This document shows, in pieces, positions 17,384 through 27,249 of a stretch of DNA of 64,000 bases. The notes beneath the pieces were generated by a model. It saw only the letters and a list, made by a program, of their open reading frames with translations, had not been told where the DNA came from and searched no databases. Within the stretch, counting starts at the first letter, position 1; every line of letters starts with the position of its first letter. The DNA is from Burkholderiales bacterium (GTDB taxonomy: Bacteria > Pseudomonadota > Gammaproteobacteria > Burkholderiales > Burkholderiaceae_C). The DNA lies in contig JAGWLO010000011.1 in the NCBI GenBank assembly GCA_028872015.1, positions 325-64,324 on the forward strand, in the 5' to 3' direction. The position numbers were made by a program, and so were the translations under genes.

Positions 17384-17435
17384 GCCGCGCCGCGCCGGCC
17401 CGGGCCAGGGCCAGACCCCGTCCCCGAGGCGCGGC

Positions 17436-18149
17436 GTGACGACGCTGGCCGACGGCCTGTGGGTGGCGCTCGGGCTCGTCCTGGGCGCCGATGCCACGCT
17501 GGTGCAAATCGTGGGCCTGTCGTTGCGGGTGAGCCTCAGCGCCTGTCTCGTGGGTGCGTTGCTCGGGCTGGGTCTGGGTGCGGCGCTGGCGGTGCTGCGC
17601 TTCCCGGGTCACGGGGCGGTGGTGGTCGTGGTGAACACGCTGCTCGCGCTGCCCTCGGTGGTGGTGGGGCTGCTGGTGTACCTGCTGCTGTCGCGCAGCG
17701 GGCCGCTGGGCGCCTGGGGTCTGCTGTTCACGCCGCCGGCGATGGTGGTGGCGCAGAGCCTGCTGGTGTTGCCGCTGGTGGCGGCGCTGGCGCGGCGCCT
17801 GGTGCTGGACGCGCTGCGCGAAGGCGGCGAGCAGTTGCGCGCCCTCGGGGCCGGACGCCTGCTGTCGGGCCTGCTGATGCTGCTCCACCAGCGCTGGGGC
17901 GTGCTGACCATTGTGCTGACTGCATTCGGCCGCGCCATCTCTGAGGTGGGCGCGGTGATGGTGGTGGGCGGCAACATGGCCGGCTACACGCGCGTGATGA
18001 CCACCGCCATCGCGCTGGAAACGAGCAAGGGCGATCTGCCGCTGGCGCTGGGTCTGGGGCTGGTGCTGCTGGGCCTGGTGGGCGTGCTCAACCTGGCCAT
18101 CGCCGCGCTGCCGGGCGGTCGCCGCCGGCACGCGGAAGGGCTGGCGTGA
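17436..18149 (+). CDS. tupB: Tungstate-type ABC transporter permease (TupB-like)
   Basis: GTG 17436 preceded by GAGG. 237-aa five-to-six-TM permease. Operon context with TupC/TupA-like genes. Confidence 0.7.
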   Translation: MTTLADGLWVALGLVLGADATLVQIVGLSLRVSLSACLVGALLGLGLGAALAVLRFPGHGAVVVVVNTLLALPSVVVGLLVYLLLSRSGPLGAWGLLFTPPAMVVAQSLLVLPLVAALARRLVLDALREGGEQLRALGAGRLLSGLLMLLHQRWGVLTIVLTAFGRAISEVGAVMVVGGNMAGYTRVMTTAIALETSKGDLPLALGLGLVLLGLVGVLNLAIAALPGGRRRHAEGLA

Positions 18150-18898
18150 CGGCCTTGTCAGCAGCCACCGCCGTCTGCGCCTGCGCCCCCGGGGCGCCGC
18201 TGCTGCGCCTGCAGGGCGTGTCGGCACGGCTGGGGGCGGTGCAGGCCCTGCGCGACATCCACCTCGAGCTGCGGCGCGGCGAGCGCCTGGCCCTGGTCGG
18301 GGCCAACGGCGCCGGCAAGACGACGCTGCTGCGGTTGCTGCAGGGCCTGCTGCCGCACGCGGGGCAGCGCTGCTTCGGGCTGGCCGGCGCGCCGCGGCCG
18401 CCGGTGGCGGCGATGGTGTTCCAGCGCCCCTTCATGCTCAGCCTGTCGGCACGCTTCAACGTGATGCTGGGGCTGTGGCTGGCGCGCGTGCCGCGGGCCC
18501 AGCGCGCGGCCCGCTGTGACGAGGCCCTGGTGCGCGTCGGCCTGCAGCGGCTGGCCTCGCGGCCGGCGCACCAGCTCTCGGGCGGGGAGCAGCAGCGGCT
18601 GGCACTGGCGCGCGCCTGGGCACTGCGGCCCGACCTGCTGCTGCTGGACGAGCCCACGGCCAGCCTCGACCCCGGCGCCAAGCGCGAGGTCGAGGCGCTG
18701 ATCGAGGAGATCGCCGCCGAGGGCGTGACCCTCGTGATGAGCACCCACAACCTGGGTCAGGCCAAGCGGCTGGCGACCCGGGTGGCCTACCTCGAAGGCG
18801 GGCGCCTGGTGGTCGACCTGCCGGTCGACCGGTTTTTCAACGACGCGCTGCCCGCCGAGGCCGCGCAGTTCCTCAAGGGAGAACTTCCATGGCATTGA
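18146..18898 (+). CDS. tupC: ABC transporter ATP-binding protein (TupC-like)
   Basis: GTGA overlap with tupB. Walker A GANGAGKTT, signature LSGGEQQRL, Walker B LLLLDEPT. Confidence 0.8.
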   Translation: MTALSAATAVCACAPGAPLLRLQGVSARLGAVQALRDIHLELRRGERLALVGANGAGKTTLLRLLQGLLPHAGQRCFGLAGAPRPPVAAMVFQRPFMLSLSARFNVMLGLWLARVPRAQRAARCDEALVRVGLQRLASRPAHQLSGGEQQRLALARAWALRPDLLLLDEPTASLDPGAKREVEALIEEIAAEGVTLVMSTHNLGQAKRLATRVAYLEGGRLVVDLPVDRFFNDALPAEAAQFLKGELPWH

Positions 18899-19725
18899 AC
18901 CGATGGCTGCGCCGGCTGGGCCTGGCCGCAAGCGCCGCGATCACCCTGGCCGCGAGCCTGCCGGCCCGGGCCCAGGCGCCGTTCATCACCATGGCCTCCA
19001 CCACGTCGACCGAGCAGTCGGGCCTGTTCGGCCACCTGCTGCCGGCCTACAAGCAGGCCAGCGGCGTGGACATCCGCGTCGTGGCCGTGGGCACCGGGCA
19101 GGCGCTGGACATCGGGCGCCGCGGCGATGCCGACGTGCTGTTCGTGCACGACACCGCGGCCGAGGCGAAGTTCGTCGCCGAGGGCCATGCGAAGGCGCGG
19201 CGCAACGTCATGTACAACGATTTCGTGCTCATCGGCCCGGCGGCCGACCCCGCCCGGGTGGCCGGACGCGTCGTCGCCGCCGCGCTCGTCCAGCTCGCCG
19301 GCAGCCGGTCCGAGTTCATCTCGCGCGGCGACCGCAGCGGCACCCACGCCGCCGAGTTGCGGCTTTGGAAGCAGGCCGGCCTCGACTTCGCCGCCGGCAA
19401 GCCGGCCGGCTACCGCGAATGCGGCTGCGGCATGGGCCCGGCGCTGAACATCGCCGCCGCCACCAGCGCCTACGTGCTGAGCGACCGCGGCACCTGGCTG
19501 GCCTTCAAGAACCGCGGCGACCTGAAGGTGCTGGTCGAGGGCGACCGCAGCCTGTTCAACCAGTACGGCGTGATGGTGGTCGACCCGGTGCGCCACCCGG
19601 GCGTGAAGGCCGCGCTGGCGCAGGCTTTCGCCGACTGGGTGGTGTCGCCCGCCGGGCAGGCCGTGATCGCGGGCTACCAGGTCGGCGGCGAGCCCCTGTT
19701 CTTCCCGAACGCGACATCCGACTGA
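18889..19725 (+). CDS. tupA: Tungstate-binding periplasmic protein (TupA-like)
   Basis: AAGGGAG SD. Signal peptide. Motifs MASTTSTEQSGL, VGTGQALDIGRRGDADVLFVH and MYNDFVLIGP closely resemble characterised TupA proteins as I remember them. Confidence 0.75.
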   Translation: MALNRWLRRLGLAASAAITLAASLPARAQAPFITMASTTSTEQSGLFGHLLPAYKQASGVDIRVVAVGTGQALDIGRRGDADVLFVHDTAAEAKFVAEGHAKARRNVMYNDFVLIGPAADPARVAGRVVAAALVQLAGSRSEFISRGDRSGTHAAELRLWKQAGLDFAAGKPAGYRECGCGMGPALNIAAATSAYVLSDRGTWLAFKNRGDLKVLVEGDRSLFNQYGVMVVDPVRHPGVKAALAQAFADWVVSPAGQAVIAGYQVGGEPLFFPNATSD

Positions 19726-19756
19726 GCAAGCGCCGCGCTGCCGCCGCATCCCGGCG

Positions 19757-19774
19757 TATGCCAGCGCGGCCATA
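19757..19774. promoter_or_regulatory. Palindrome TATG-N10-CATA (candidate operator) upstream of the wtpA-like gene
   Basis: TATGCCAGCGCGGCCATA followed by TCGCGCG. It starts 42 nt upstream of GAGAAT. The whole roughly 55-nt module aligns with 17264-17320. Confidence 0.45.
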
Positions 19775-19798
19775 TCGCGCGCCCGGCTGCATGGCGGT

Positions 19799-19804
19799 GA
19801 GAAT
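19799..19804 (+). promoter_or_regulatory. Candidate -10 hexamer (GAGAAT) for the wtpABC-like operon
   Basis: GAGAATCGCGCCCC, 44 nt upstream of the ATG at 19848. Confidence 0.3.
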
Positions 19805-19847
19805 CGCGCCCCGCCACCGGCCCCCGTCCCTCCGAAAGCCTGCTCCC

Positions 19848-20867
19848 ATGACCCCATCGACCCCCCCTCGCCGCCGCGCCAGCCTGCTTGCGGCCCTTGC
19901 CTTGCGACCCCGGGCCCTGGCCCTGACCCTGGGTCTGGGTCTGGGACTGAGCCTTGCCGGCTCGGCGCAGGCCGAAGCCCTCACCGTGTTTGCCGCCGGC
20001 ACGCTGGGCAAGACCTTCACCACCCTGGCTCGCGGCTTCGAGCGCGAGCATCCCGGCGTCACGGTGCAGCCGCAGTTCGGCGGCAGCGTCAAGATGGTCA
20101 AGCAGGTGACGGTGCTGCACCAGCCGGCCGATCTGGTGGCCGTGGCCGACTACGCCGTGATCCCCAAGTACATGTTCAAGGGCGCCGCCGGCAGCCCGGG
20201 CCAGCCGGCGACCGCCGACTGGTCGATCGGGTTCCTGGGCAACGCGATCACCTTCGTCTACACGCCCAAGAGCAAGGGCGCGCAGCAGATCCGGGCCGAC
20301 AACTGGTGGCAGGTGCTCTCCGAGCCCGGGGTGCAGATCGGGCGCTCCAACCCAGACACCGACCCCTCGGGCTACCAGACCCTGCAGATGCTCGACCTGG
20401 CCGGCCGCTACTACCGCCAGCCCGAACTCGAAGCCCGGGTGCTGGCCAACGCGCCGCGGGCCAACATCCGCGACACCGAGACCGATCTCATCGCGGCCCT
20501 CGAACTGGGCCAGATCGACTACCTGGCGATCTACCGCTCCGACGCGGTGCAGCACCACCTGCAGGCGCTGGACCTGCCACCGCAGATCAACCTGAGCGAT
20601 CCGCGCTACGCCGCCGACTACGCCCGGGCCCAGGCGCAGACGGCCAACGGCGTGCTGAGCGGCAAGCCCATCGTGTATGCCCTGACGATTCCGCTCGGCG
20701 CGCCGCATGCCCGGCTGGCCGAGCAGTTCGCCGCCTACGTGCTCGGACCGGTGGGGCAGCAGGTGATGGCCGCCAACGGCTTCATCCCCATGAAGCAGCC
20801 CTATGCGATGGAGCGCGACCACGTGCCGCCGGCGCTGCGCGGGCTGACCGTGGCGTGGCCGCAGTGA
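19848..20867 (+). CDS. Periplasmic molybdate/tungstate-binding protein, WtpA-like
   Basis: 339 aa. Arg-rich signal peptide (PRRRASLLAAL...AQA). LTVFAAGTL, GGSVKMVKQV, ADLVAVADY and SNPDTDPSGYQT segments resemble WtpA/ModA-class binding proteins. Confidence 0.65.
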   Translation: MTPSTPPRRRASLLAALALRPRALALTLGLGLGLSLAGSAQAEALTVFAAGTLGKTFTTLARGFEREHPGVTVQPQFGGSVKMVKQVTVLHQPADLVAVADYAVIPKYMFKGAAGSPGQPATADWSIGFLGNAITFVYTPKSKGAQQIRADNWWQVLSEPGVQIGRSNPDTDPSGYQTLQMLDLAGRYYRQPELEARVLANAPRANIRDTETDLIAALELGQIDYLAIYRSDAVQHHLQALDLPPQINLSDPRYAADYARAQAQTANGVLSGKPIVYALTIPLGAPHARLAEQFAAYVLGPVGQQVMAANGFIPMKQPYAMERDHVPPALRGLTVAWPQ

Positions 20868-20901
20868 GCGGCGCCCCCCTGCACGCCCGCCCCTGAATCG
20901 C

Positions 20902-21726
20902 ATGCCGCAGCGCGGGCGCCCCGGCGCGATGTTCTGGGTGTTCTGGCTGCTGGGCGCCACGCTGCTGGCGTTCATCGCCCTGCCGCTGCTGGCGCTGGTG
21001 CTGCACCCGACGCTGGCCGATCTGGTGCAGGTGGCGGCCTTGCCCGACGTGCGCGCCGCAATCGCGCTGAGCCTGGCGGCGGCCTTCGTCAGCACGGCGA
21101 TCGTCGCGGTGTTCGCGCTGCCGCTGGCCTACCTGCTGGCGCGCCAGCAGTTCCGCGGCAAGAGCGCGGTCGAGACGCTGGTCGATCTGCCGCTGACCAT
21201 TCCGCACACCATTGCCGGCATCGCGCTGCTGCTGGTGTTCAGCCGCGGCGGCTGGCTGGGGGCGCCGCTGGCGCGCCTGGGGCTGGACTTCTGGGGCAGC
21301 TTCGCCGGCATCGTGCTGGCGATGGCCTATGTCGGGCTGCCCTATGCGGTGAACGCGGCCCGCGGCGGCTTCGAGGCGGTGGACGCGCAGATCGAGCGCG
21401 CCGCGCGCATCCAGGGCGCCCGGCCCTGGAGCGTCTTCACGCGCATCACGCTGCCGCTGTCGCGCAGCGGCATCGTCACCGGCCTGACCCTGTGCTTCGC
21501 CCGCGCCATCGGTGAGTTCGCGGCCGTGGTGCTGCTGGCGTACTACCCGATGACGGCACCGATCCGCATCTACGACCTGTTCCTGCAATCGGGGCTGCGG
21601 CAGTCGGTGGCCGCCTCGGTGCTCTTCCTGGCCACCTTGCTGGGGCTGTTCTGGCTGGTGCGGCTGCTGGCGTCGCCCCGCCGCCGCGACGCGCCGCCCG
21701 CGGCGGCAACCACCTGGTCGCGGTGA
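20902..21726 (+). CDS. ABC transporter permease (ModB/WtpB-like)
   Basis: 274-aa six-TM permease with an EAA-like loop (IERAARIQGARPW). Confidence 0.75.
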   Translation: MPQRGRPGAMFWVFWLLGATLLAFIALPLLALVLHPTLADLVQVAALPDVRAAIALSLAAAFVSTAIVAVFALPLAYLLARQQFRGKSAVETLVDLPLTIPHTIAGIALLLVFSRGGWLGAPLARLGLDFWGSFAGIVLAMAYVGLPYAVNAARGGFEAVDAQIERAARIQGARPWSVFTRITLPLSRSGIVTGLTLCFARAIGEFAAVVLLAYYPMTAPIRIYDLFLQSGLRQSVAASVLFLATLLGLFWLVRLLASPRRRDAPPAAATTWSR

Positions 21727-22937
21727 TGCCGACCCCGGGTGCGCTGACGCCGGCGCTGGACGCGCCCGGCCCGGCGGCCCCGACCGCGCTGCGCCCGGCA
21801 CACGCGCGCAGCGGCGGCGCGTCCCTGCGTCTGGACGGGTTGCAATGGGGTGCGGGGCGCTGGCGATCGGCCGTCACCGACCTCGATCTGCCCGCCGGCC
21901 GGACCCTGGTGCTGCTCGGCGCCAACGGCGCCGGCAAGAGTGCGCTGCTCGACACGCTGGCGGGCTTCCTGCCGGCGCATGCGGGCGCCGCCATGCTGGG
22001 CGGGCGCGCGCTCGGCGCGTTGCCGCCCGAGCAGCGCCGCATCGGCTACATGTTCCAGCGCGACGCGCTGTTTCCGCACTGGACGATCGAGCAGAACCTG
22101 CGCTTCGGGCGCGGCGCGCAGGGGCCGCTCGACGGCCTGCTGGACGCGCTGGCCTTGCGCCCCTGGCTGGCGCACCGGCCGCACCAGCTGAGCGGCGGGC
22201 AGCGGCAGCGGGTGGCCCTGGCGCGGGCGCTGGTGGGCGCGCCCGAGTTGCTGCTGCTGGACGAGCCGCTCTCGGCCATCGATGCCGAGGCCCGGCCCGC
22301 CCTGCGCCGGACCCTGGCCCGGCTGCTGCGCGAGCGCGGCCTGACCACGGTGCTCGTCACCCACGACGCCACCGACGCCCGGCTGCTGGGCGACCTGGTG
22401 GGCGTGCTCGACGGCGGCCGGCTGCTGCAATGCGGGCCGGCGACGGACGTGTTCGACCGCCCGGCCGAGCTGCGCAGCGCCCGGCTGCTGGGCGTGGAGA
22501 ACCTGTGGCCGCTCGAGGTGCTGCAGTGGAGCCAGGCTGGCGGCGACACGGTGCTGGCCCTCGGCGCCGCCGACGGCGCGACGACCCGGGAGCCCACGCC
22601 GGTGCTGCACTGGCGGGGCCGGCTGCCGCCGGGCCTGGCCCTGCAGGTCGGCAGCCGCGTCACCCTGGCGGTGCGCGCCGAGGCCATCAGCCCCTGCGCG
22701 CCCGCGCCCGCGCAGGCCACGCCGCCCTGTCCCGACGCCTGGGTGCTGCCGGCGGTGCTGGACGAACTGCACTGCGAGGGCCCGTTGTGGCGCTGGCACT
22801 GCACGCTGCCCTGGGGCGCCCCGGCCGAGGCCTGCACGCTGCCCGAGGCCCTGCGCCGCCTCAGCCCGCACCCGGGCGACCGGGTGGCCCTGCGCATCCG
22901 CAGCGAGGACAGCTGCCTGCTCGGCGGCGTACCCTAA
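21723..22937 (+). CDS. ABC transporter ATP-binding protein with C-terminal TOBE-like extension (ModC/WtpC-like)
   Basis: GTGA overlap. Walker A GANGAGKSA, signature LSGGQRQRVALARAL, Walker B LLLLDEPLSAID. About 150-aa C-terminal domain. Confidence 0.75.
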   Translation: MMPTPGALTPALDAPGPAAPTALRPAHARSGGASLRLDGLQWGAGRWRSAVTDLDLPAGRTLVLLGANGAGKSALLDTLAGFLPAHAGAAMLGGRALGALPPEQRRIGYMFQRDALFPHWTIEQNLRFGRGAQGPLDGLLDALALRPWLAHRPHQLSGGQRQRVALARALVGAPELLLLDEPLSAIDAEARPALRRTLARLLRERGLTTVLVTHDATDARLLGDLVGVLDGGRLLQCGPATDVFDRPAELRSARLLGVENLWPLEVLQWSQAGGDTVLALGAADGATTREPTPVLHWRGRLPPGLALQVGSRVTLAVRAEAISPCAPAPAQATPPCPDAWVLPAVLDELHCEGPLWRWHCTLPWGAPAEACTLPEALRRLSPHPGDRVALRIRSEDSCLLGGVP

Positions 22938-23938
22938 AGCCCCAGGGCGTGGCGCAGTGCGCGCCCGCCGATCGGCGCCGGCCGGGCCACGCTGAGCAGC
23001 GCCACCAGGCGCTCGTTCAGCGGTGCGCTGCGGCCGTGGCTGCGCGCCAGGCGCACGACTGCGCCGCTGAGGGCGTCGATCTCGGTCGGGCGGCCCAGCG
23101 CCAGGTCGTCGGCCATGCTGCTGCGCGCCTTCGGGTCGATGCGCAGCATGCGCGCGGCCACCCGGCGGAAGGCCCAGTTCGGCAGCTTGAGCAGGGCGGG
23201 CATGCGCCTCGGCGGCACGGTGAGCACCTGCGCCGGCACGATGCCCGCGGCGTCCAGCGCGGCCAGCGCCTCGCGTTGCAGCGCGGCCCAGACGAGGCGG
23301 CAGTCGCGGTCGAGCAGCTGCTCGCGCAGCGGCAGCCCCGACAAGGCATTGACCGGGTTGTTCAGGTTGATGACGAGCTTGCCCCACAGCACCGGCCGCA
23401 GGTCGGCATGCAGCACCAGCGGCAGGCCCGCGGCCTCGAACAGCGGCAGCCAGGGGCGCAGCAGCGGGTCGTCCTGCGCCGCCAGTCGGCCCCCGGTGCC
23501 GCGGTGGAATCGGCCCGGGCCGAGCTCGGCGATGTTGAACGGCACCATGCCGGGCAGGCAGCGCAGGGCCGGCGCTGCGGCCGCGGCGGTGGCGGCGTTG
23601 TCCACGCCGTTCTGCAGCGAAAGCACCGGCGTGCCCGCGGGCAGCGCGGCGGCGAGTTCGCGCGCCGCCGCCGCCGTGGCGCCGCTCTTCACGCACAGCA
23701 GCACCAGGGCGGCGGGCGGCGCGGGCGCCTGCAGCAGCTGCAGCGCGGCCGCGGGCAGCTCGATCCGGCCGCCGGCCAGGTCGGTGAGGGCTAGGCCTTG
23801 CGCGCGCAGGCCGTCCAGCACGCGCGGCCGGCCGACGAAGCGCACCTGGGCACCCGCCGCCTGCAGCCGCCCGCCGATGAAGCAGCCCACCGAGCCGGCA
23901 CCCATCACGAGCACCGGCCCGGGCATCGGCTCCGTCAT
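22934..23938 (-). CDS. 2-dehydropantoate 2-reductase family oxidoreductase (PanE/ApbA-like)
   Basis: Start taken at MTEPMPGPVLVMGAGSVGCFIGGRL (Rossmann motif). Family-typical LWGKLVINL and EIDALSG segments. Confidence 0.7.
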   Translation of the reverse strand: MTEPMPGPVLVMGAGSVGCFIGGRLQAAGAQVRFVGRPRVLDGLRAQGLALTDLAGGRIELPAAALQLLQAPAPPAALVLLCVKSGATAAAARELAAALPAGTPVLSLQNGVDNAATAAAAAPALRCLPGMVPFNIAELGPGRFHRGTGGRLAAQDDPLLRPWLPLFEAAGLPLVLHADLRPVLWGKLVINLNNPVNALSGLPLREQLLDRDCRLVWAALQREALAALDAAGIVPAQVLTVPPRRMPALLKLPNWAFRRVAARMLRIDPKARSSMADDLALGRPTEIDALSGAVVRLARSHGRSAPLNERLVALLSVARPAPIGGRALRHALGL

Positions 23939-24480
23939 CGGGTGGCCGGGTGGGCCAGGTCGCGGATCAGCGTCGGCCCGGCGCGCTGCTCGACCTCGCG
24001 CATCAGCGGCCGGCACAGGCCCAGCGGGGCCACGGCTTCGAGCGTGAGGAACAGCGGTGCCACCAGCAGGCCCACCAGGTCATCGGCGAAGGCGGGCTTG
24101 CGGCCCTCGTAGTAGTGACCGATGAACTGGATGATCCAGCCGGCGACGAAGCACCCCAGTCCCCAGGCCAGCCAGGCCGAGGCCGATGCGCCGCCCACGC
24201 GGTGCGCCAGCGCGATGAGCCCGCCCACCGCCATGCTGGTGACCAGGCCCAGCGCCGCGGCGCCGCGCGTCAGGTACCACAGCGAGACCAGCGCGAACAA
24301 GGCCCAGGCCGGCGTGAGCGCCAGGCCGGCCACCGGCCACCGCACCCCGGCCAGCAGCACGCCCACGGCGAACACGATCATCGGCACGCCGACGAAATGG
24401 GTGGCGATGTTGCGCCGGTCGCGGTGGTAGGCCGCGTACTGCGCCAGCAGTGCGACAGCGGGGCGGAAGGGCGTGGCCAT
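23935..24480 (-). CDS. DUF962 (Mpo1-like) membrane protein
   Basis: Start at MATPFRPAVALLAQYAAYHRDRRNIATHFVGVPMIV, a typical DUF962 N-terminus. ATGA overlap with the downstream reductase gene. Confidence 0.7.
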   Translation of the reverse strand: MATPFRPAVALLAQYAAYHRDRRNIATHFVGVPMIVFAVGVLLAGVRWPVAGLALTPAWALFALVSLWYLTRGAAALGLVTSMAVGGLIALAHRVGGASASAWLAWGLGCFVAGWIIQFIGHYYEGRKPAFADDLVGLLVAPLFLTLEAVAPLGLCRPLMREVEQRAGPTLIRDLAHPATR

Positions 24481-24529
24481 GGCGGGTCTCCTTGCGGCGG
24501 GCATCGTAGCAGCGGGCGACAATCGCCCG

Positions 24530-25966
24530 ATGGTGGATGTCCTGGTGATCGGCGGCGGCAACGCCGCCCTGTGCGCCGCGCTCACGGCGCGCGAGGCGGG
24601 TGCTACGGTGCTGCTGCTGGAGGCCGCGCCCCGGGCCTGGCGCGGCGGCAACTCGCAGCACACGCGCAACCTGCGCTGCATGCACGACGCGCCACAGGAC
24701 GTGCTGGTCGAGGCCTACCCCGAGGACGAGTTCTGGCAGGACCTGCTCAAGGTCACCGGCGGCCGCACCGACGAGACCCTGGCGCGGATGGTGATCCGGG
24801 ATTCGGCCACCTGCCGGCCCTGGATGCGGCGCCACGGCGTGCACTTCCAGCCCCCGCTGTCGGGCGCATTGCACGTGGCGCGCACCAACGCCTTCTTCAT
24901 GGGCGGCGGCAAGGCGCTGGTCAACGCCTACTACCGCAGCGCGCAGGCGCTGGGCGTCGAGGTGCGCTACGACACCCCGGTCGACCGCATCGAGACCGAG
25001 GCCGGCCGCTTCGTGGCAGCCCACAGCGGCGCGCACCGCTTCGAGGCCCGCGCCTGCGTCGTGGCCAGCGGCGGTTTCGAGTCCAACCGCGACTGGCTGC
25101 GCCAGGCCTGGGGCCAGGTCGACGGCGCCTGGGTGGCCGACAACTTCCTGATCCGCGGCACCCGCTTCAACCAGGGCGTGCTGCTGCGCCAGCTGATCGA
25201 CGCCGGCGCCGACGCCATCGGCGAGCCGACGCAGGCGCACATGGTGGCCATCGACGCGCGCGCGCCGCTGTACGACGGCGGCATCTGCACCCGCATCGAC
25301 TGCGTCTCGCTGGGCCTCGTGGTCAACGTCCATGCGCAGCGCTTCTACGACGAGGGCGAGGATTTCTGGCCCAAGCGCTATGCCATCTGGGGCCGGCTGG
25401 TGGCGCAGCAGCCGCAGCAGACCGCCTACTCGATCATCGATGCCAAGGCGGTGGGGCGCTTCATGCCGCCGGTGTTCCCGGGCGCGCGGGCCGCCACGCT
25501 GCCCGAGCTGGCGCGGCAGCTCGGGCTGGATGAAGGTGCCTTCGTGCAGACCGTGGCGACCTACAACGCGGCCTGCCGTGGCGGCCGCTTCGACCACACC
25601 GTGCTCGACGATTGCGCCACCGCGGGCTTGAGCCCGCCCAAGACGCACTGGGCCCGCCCCCTGGACACGCCGCCCTTCCAGGGCTACGCGCTCAGGCCCG
25701 GCGTGACCTTCACCTACCTGGGGCTGAAGGTGGACGCCCGCGCGGCCGTGCACTTCGGCGGGCGGGCCAGCGCGAACCTGTACGCGGCCGGCGAGATCAT
25801 GGCCGGCAATGTGCTGGGCCAGGGCTACACGGCCGGCGTCGGCATGTCGATCGGCACCACCTTCGGCCGCATCGCCGGCCGGGTGGCCGCGCAAGCCGCG
25901 CAAGCCGGGTCCTCGGCGCCAGCCGAGCCGATGACGTCCTGCGAGACTGCCCATGCAGACGCTTGA
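24530..25966 (+). CDS. tcuA: FAD-dependent tricarballylate dehydrogenase
   Basis: [34 protein letters not shown] motif and overall TcuA-like sequence. The track ORF starts 57 nt earlier. Confidence 0.75.
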   Translation: MVDVLVIGGGNAALCAALTAREAGATVLLLEAAPRAWRGGNSQHTRNLRCMHDAPQDVLVEAYPEDEFWQDLLKVTGGRTDETLARMVIRDSATCRPWMRRHGVHFQPPLSGALHVARTNAFFMGGGKALVNAYYRSAQALGVEVRYDTPVDRIETEAGRFVAAHSGAHRFEARACVVASGGFESNRDWLRQAWGQVDGAWVADNFLIRGTRFNQGVLLRQLIDAGADAIGEPTQAHMVAIDARAPLYDGGICTRIDCVSLGLVVNVHAQRFYDEGEDFWPKRYAIWGRLVAQQPQQTAYSIIDAKAVGRFMPPVFPGARAATLPELARQLGLDEGAFVQTVATYNAACRGGRFDHTVLDDCATAGLSPPKTHWARPLDTPPFQGYALRPGVTFTYLGLKVDARAAVHFGGRASANLYAAGEIMAGNVLGQGYTAGVGMSIGTTFGRIAGRVAAQAAQAGSSAPAEPMTSCETAHADA

Positions 25967-27110
25967 GACCCTGGTGCGCGACGCCGCCGCGCTCGGCGCG
26001 GGCGGGGCCCCGGCCAGTGCCGAGGCCGAGGCCGCACGGCAACTGCAGATCTGCAATGCCTGCCGCTACTGCGAGGGCTACTGCGCCGTTTTCCCGGCGA
26101 TGACGCGGCGGCTGGCCTTCCCGGCCGCCGACGTGCACTACCTGGCCAACCTCTGCCACAACTGCGGCGCCTGTCTGCATGCCTGCCAGTACGCGCCGCC
26201 GCACGACTTCGCACTCAACCTGCCGCGCGCGCTGGCGCGGGTGCGGCTGCGCACCTATGCCGGCTACGCCTGGCCGCCGGCGCTGGGCCGGCTCTATGCC
26301 CGCAACGGCCTCACGCTGGCCGTGGCACTGGCCGCGGGGCTGGCGCTGTTCGTCGGCCTGGCGCTGGCCCTGGGCACCGACGCCCGCGCCGCGGCCGCCG
26401 GTCGCGGCTTCTATGCGCTGTTTCCGCACCGGCTGATGGTGGCGCTGTTCGCGCCCGTGTTCGCCTACGCGCTGCTGGCACTGGGCATCGGCGTGGCGCG
26501 CTTCTGGCGCCGCCAGGCGCCGGGGCCGCTGGGTCTGCCGGCGCTGGCCGAGGCGGCGCAGCACGCCCTGAGCCTGAAGTACCTCGACGGCGGCCACGGC
26601 CAGGGCTGCAACGAAGCGGACGACCGCTACACGCTGCTGCGGCGGCGCTTCCACCACCTCACGTTCTACGGCTTCGTGCTGTGCTTCGCCGCCACCAGCG
26701 TGGCCACCCTGTACCACTACGCCTACGGCTGGCAGGCGCCGTACCCCCGCACCAGCCTGCCGGTGCTGCTGGGCACCGTGGGTGGGCTCGGCCTGATCGC
26801 CGGCCCGGCCGGCCTGCTGTGGCTGAACCTGCGGCGCGACCCGATGCACGGCGACCCGGCGCAGCGGCCCATGGACCGCGGCTTCATCGCCTTGCTGCTG
26901 CTGACCAGCGCCAGCGGCCTGGCGCTGCTGGCCGGGCGCGACGGTGGCGCGCTGCCGGTGTGGCTGGCGCTGCACCTGGGCGCGGTGATGGCGCTGTTTC
27001 TCACGCTGCCTTACGGCAAGTTCGCGCACGGCCTGTACCGCGGCGCGGCGCTGCTGAAGTGGGCGATCGAGCGGCGCCGGCCGAGCGGCCTGCGGCTGGG
27101 CCCGGAGTAG
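25953..27110 (+). CDS. tcuB: Tricarballylate utilisation Fe-S membrane protein
   Basis: [18 protein letters not shown] and [17 protein letters not shown] motifs followed by about six TM helices. 14-nt overlap with tcuA. Confidence 0.75.
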   Translation: MQTLETLVRDAAALGAGGAPASAEAEAARQLQICNACRYCEGYCAVFPAMTRRLAFPAADVHYLANLCHNCGACLHACQYAPPHDFALNLPRALARVRLRTYAGYAWPPALGRLYARNGLTLAVALAAGLALFVGLALALGTDARAAAAGRGFYALFPHRLMVALFAPVFAYALLALGIGVARFWRRQAPGPLGLPALAEAAQHALSLKYLDGGHGQGCNEADDRYTLLRRRFHHLTFYGFVLCFAATSVATLYHYAYGWQAPYPRTSLPVLLGTVGGLGLIAGPAGLLWLNLRRDPMHGDPAQRPMDRGFIALLLLTSASGLALLAGRDGGALPVWLALHLGAVMALFLTLPYGKFAHGLYRGAALLKWAIERRRPSGLRLGPE

Positions 27111-27249
27111 ACCGCCCAGAGACTGCGGGCTCGCGTTACGCGCGATTACCCCGAGACGGGCCGCAAGCGGACCTGAGCACAATTTCGCCTGTTCCAGCGC
27201 CGCCCATCCGCGCGCCGGGCGGAATCGTTCGACTCCAGGAGACCCTCGC

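Noticed and set aside
17312-17435. Possible Moco/Wco riboswitch in the roughly 120-nt tupB leader (and the short wtpA-like leader).
   Set aside because: I could only find one simple hairpin (17365-17383) and a CCCCGAGGC string next to the start codon. The multi-stem architecture and conserved blocks of the Moco RNA motif, as I remember them, are not evident, and the wtpA leader is too short. A covariance-model scan (Rfam Moco motif) would be decisive.
24473-24529. Upstream ATG for tcuA (MAMAGLLAAGIVAAGDNRP...), which would overlap the divergent DUF962 start.
   Set aside because: TcuA-type proteins begin right at the FAD dinucleotide fold ([10 protein letters not shown]). The upstream extension overlaps the DUF962 start codon region and looks like leader DNA.
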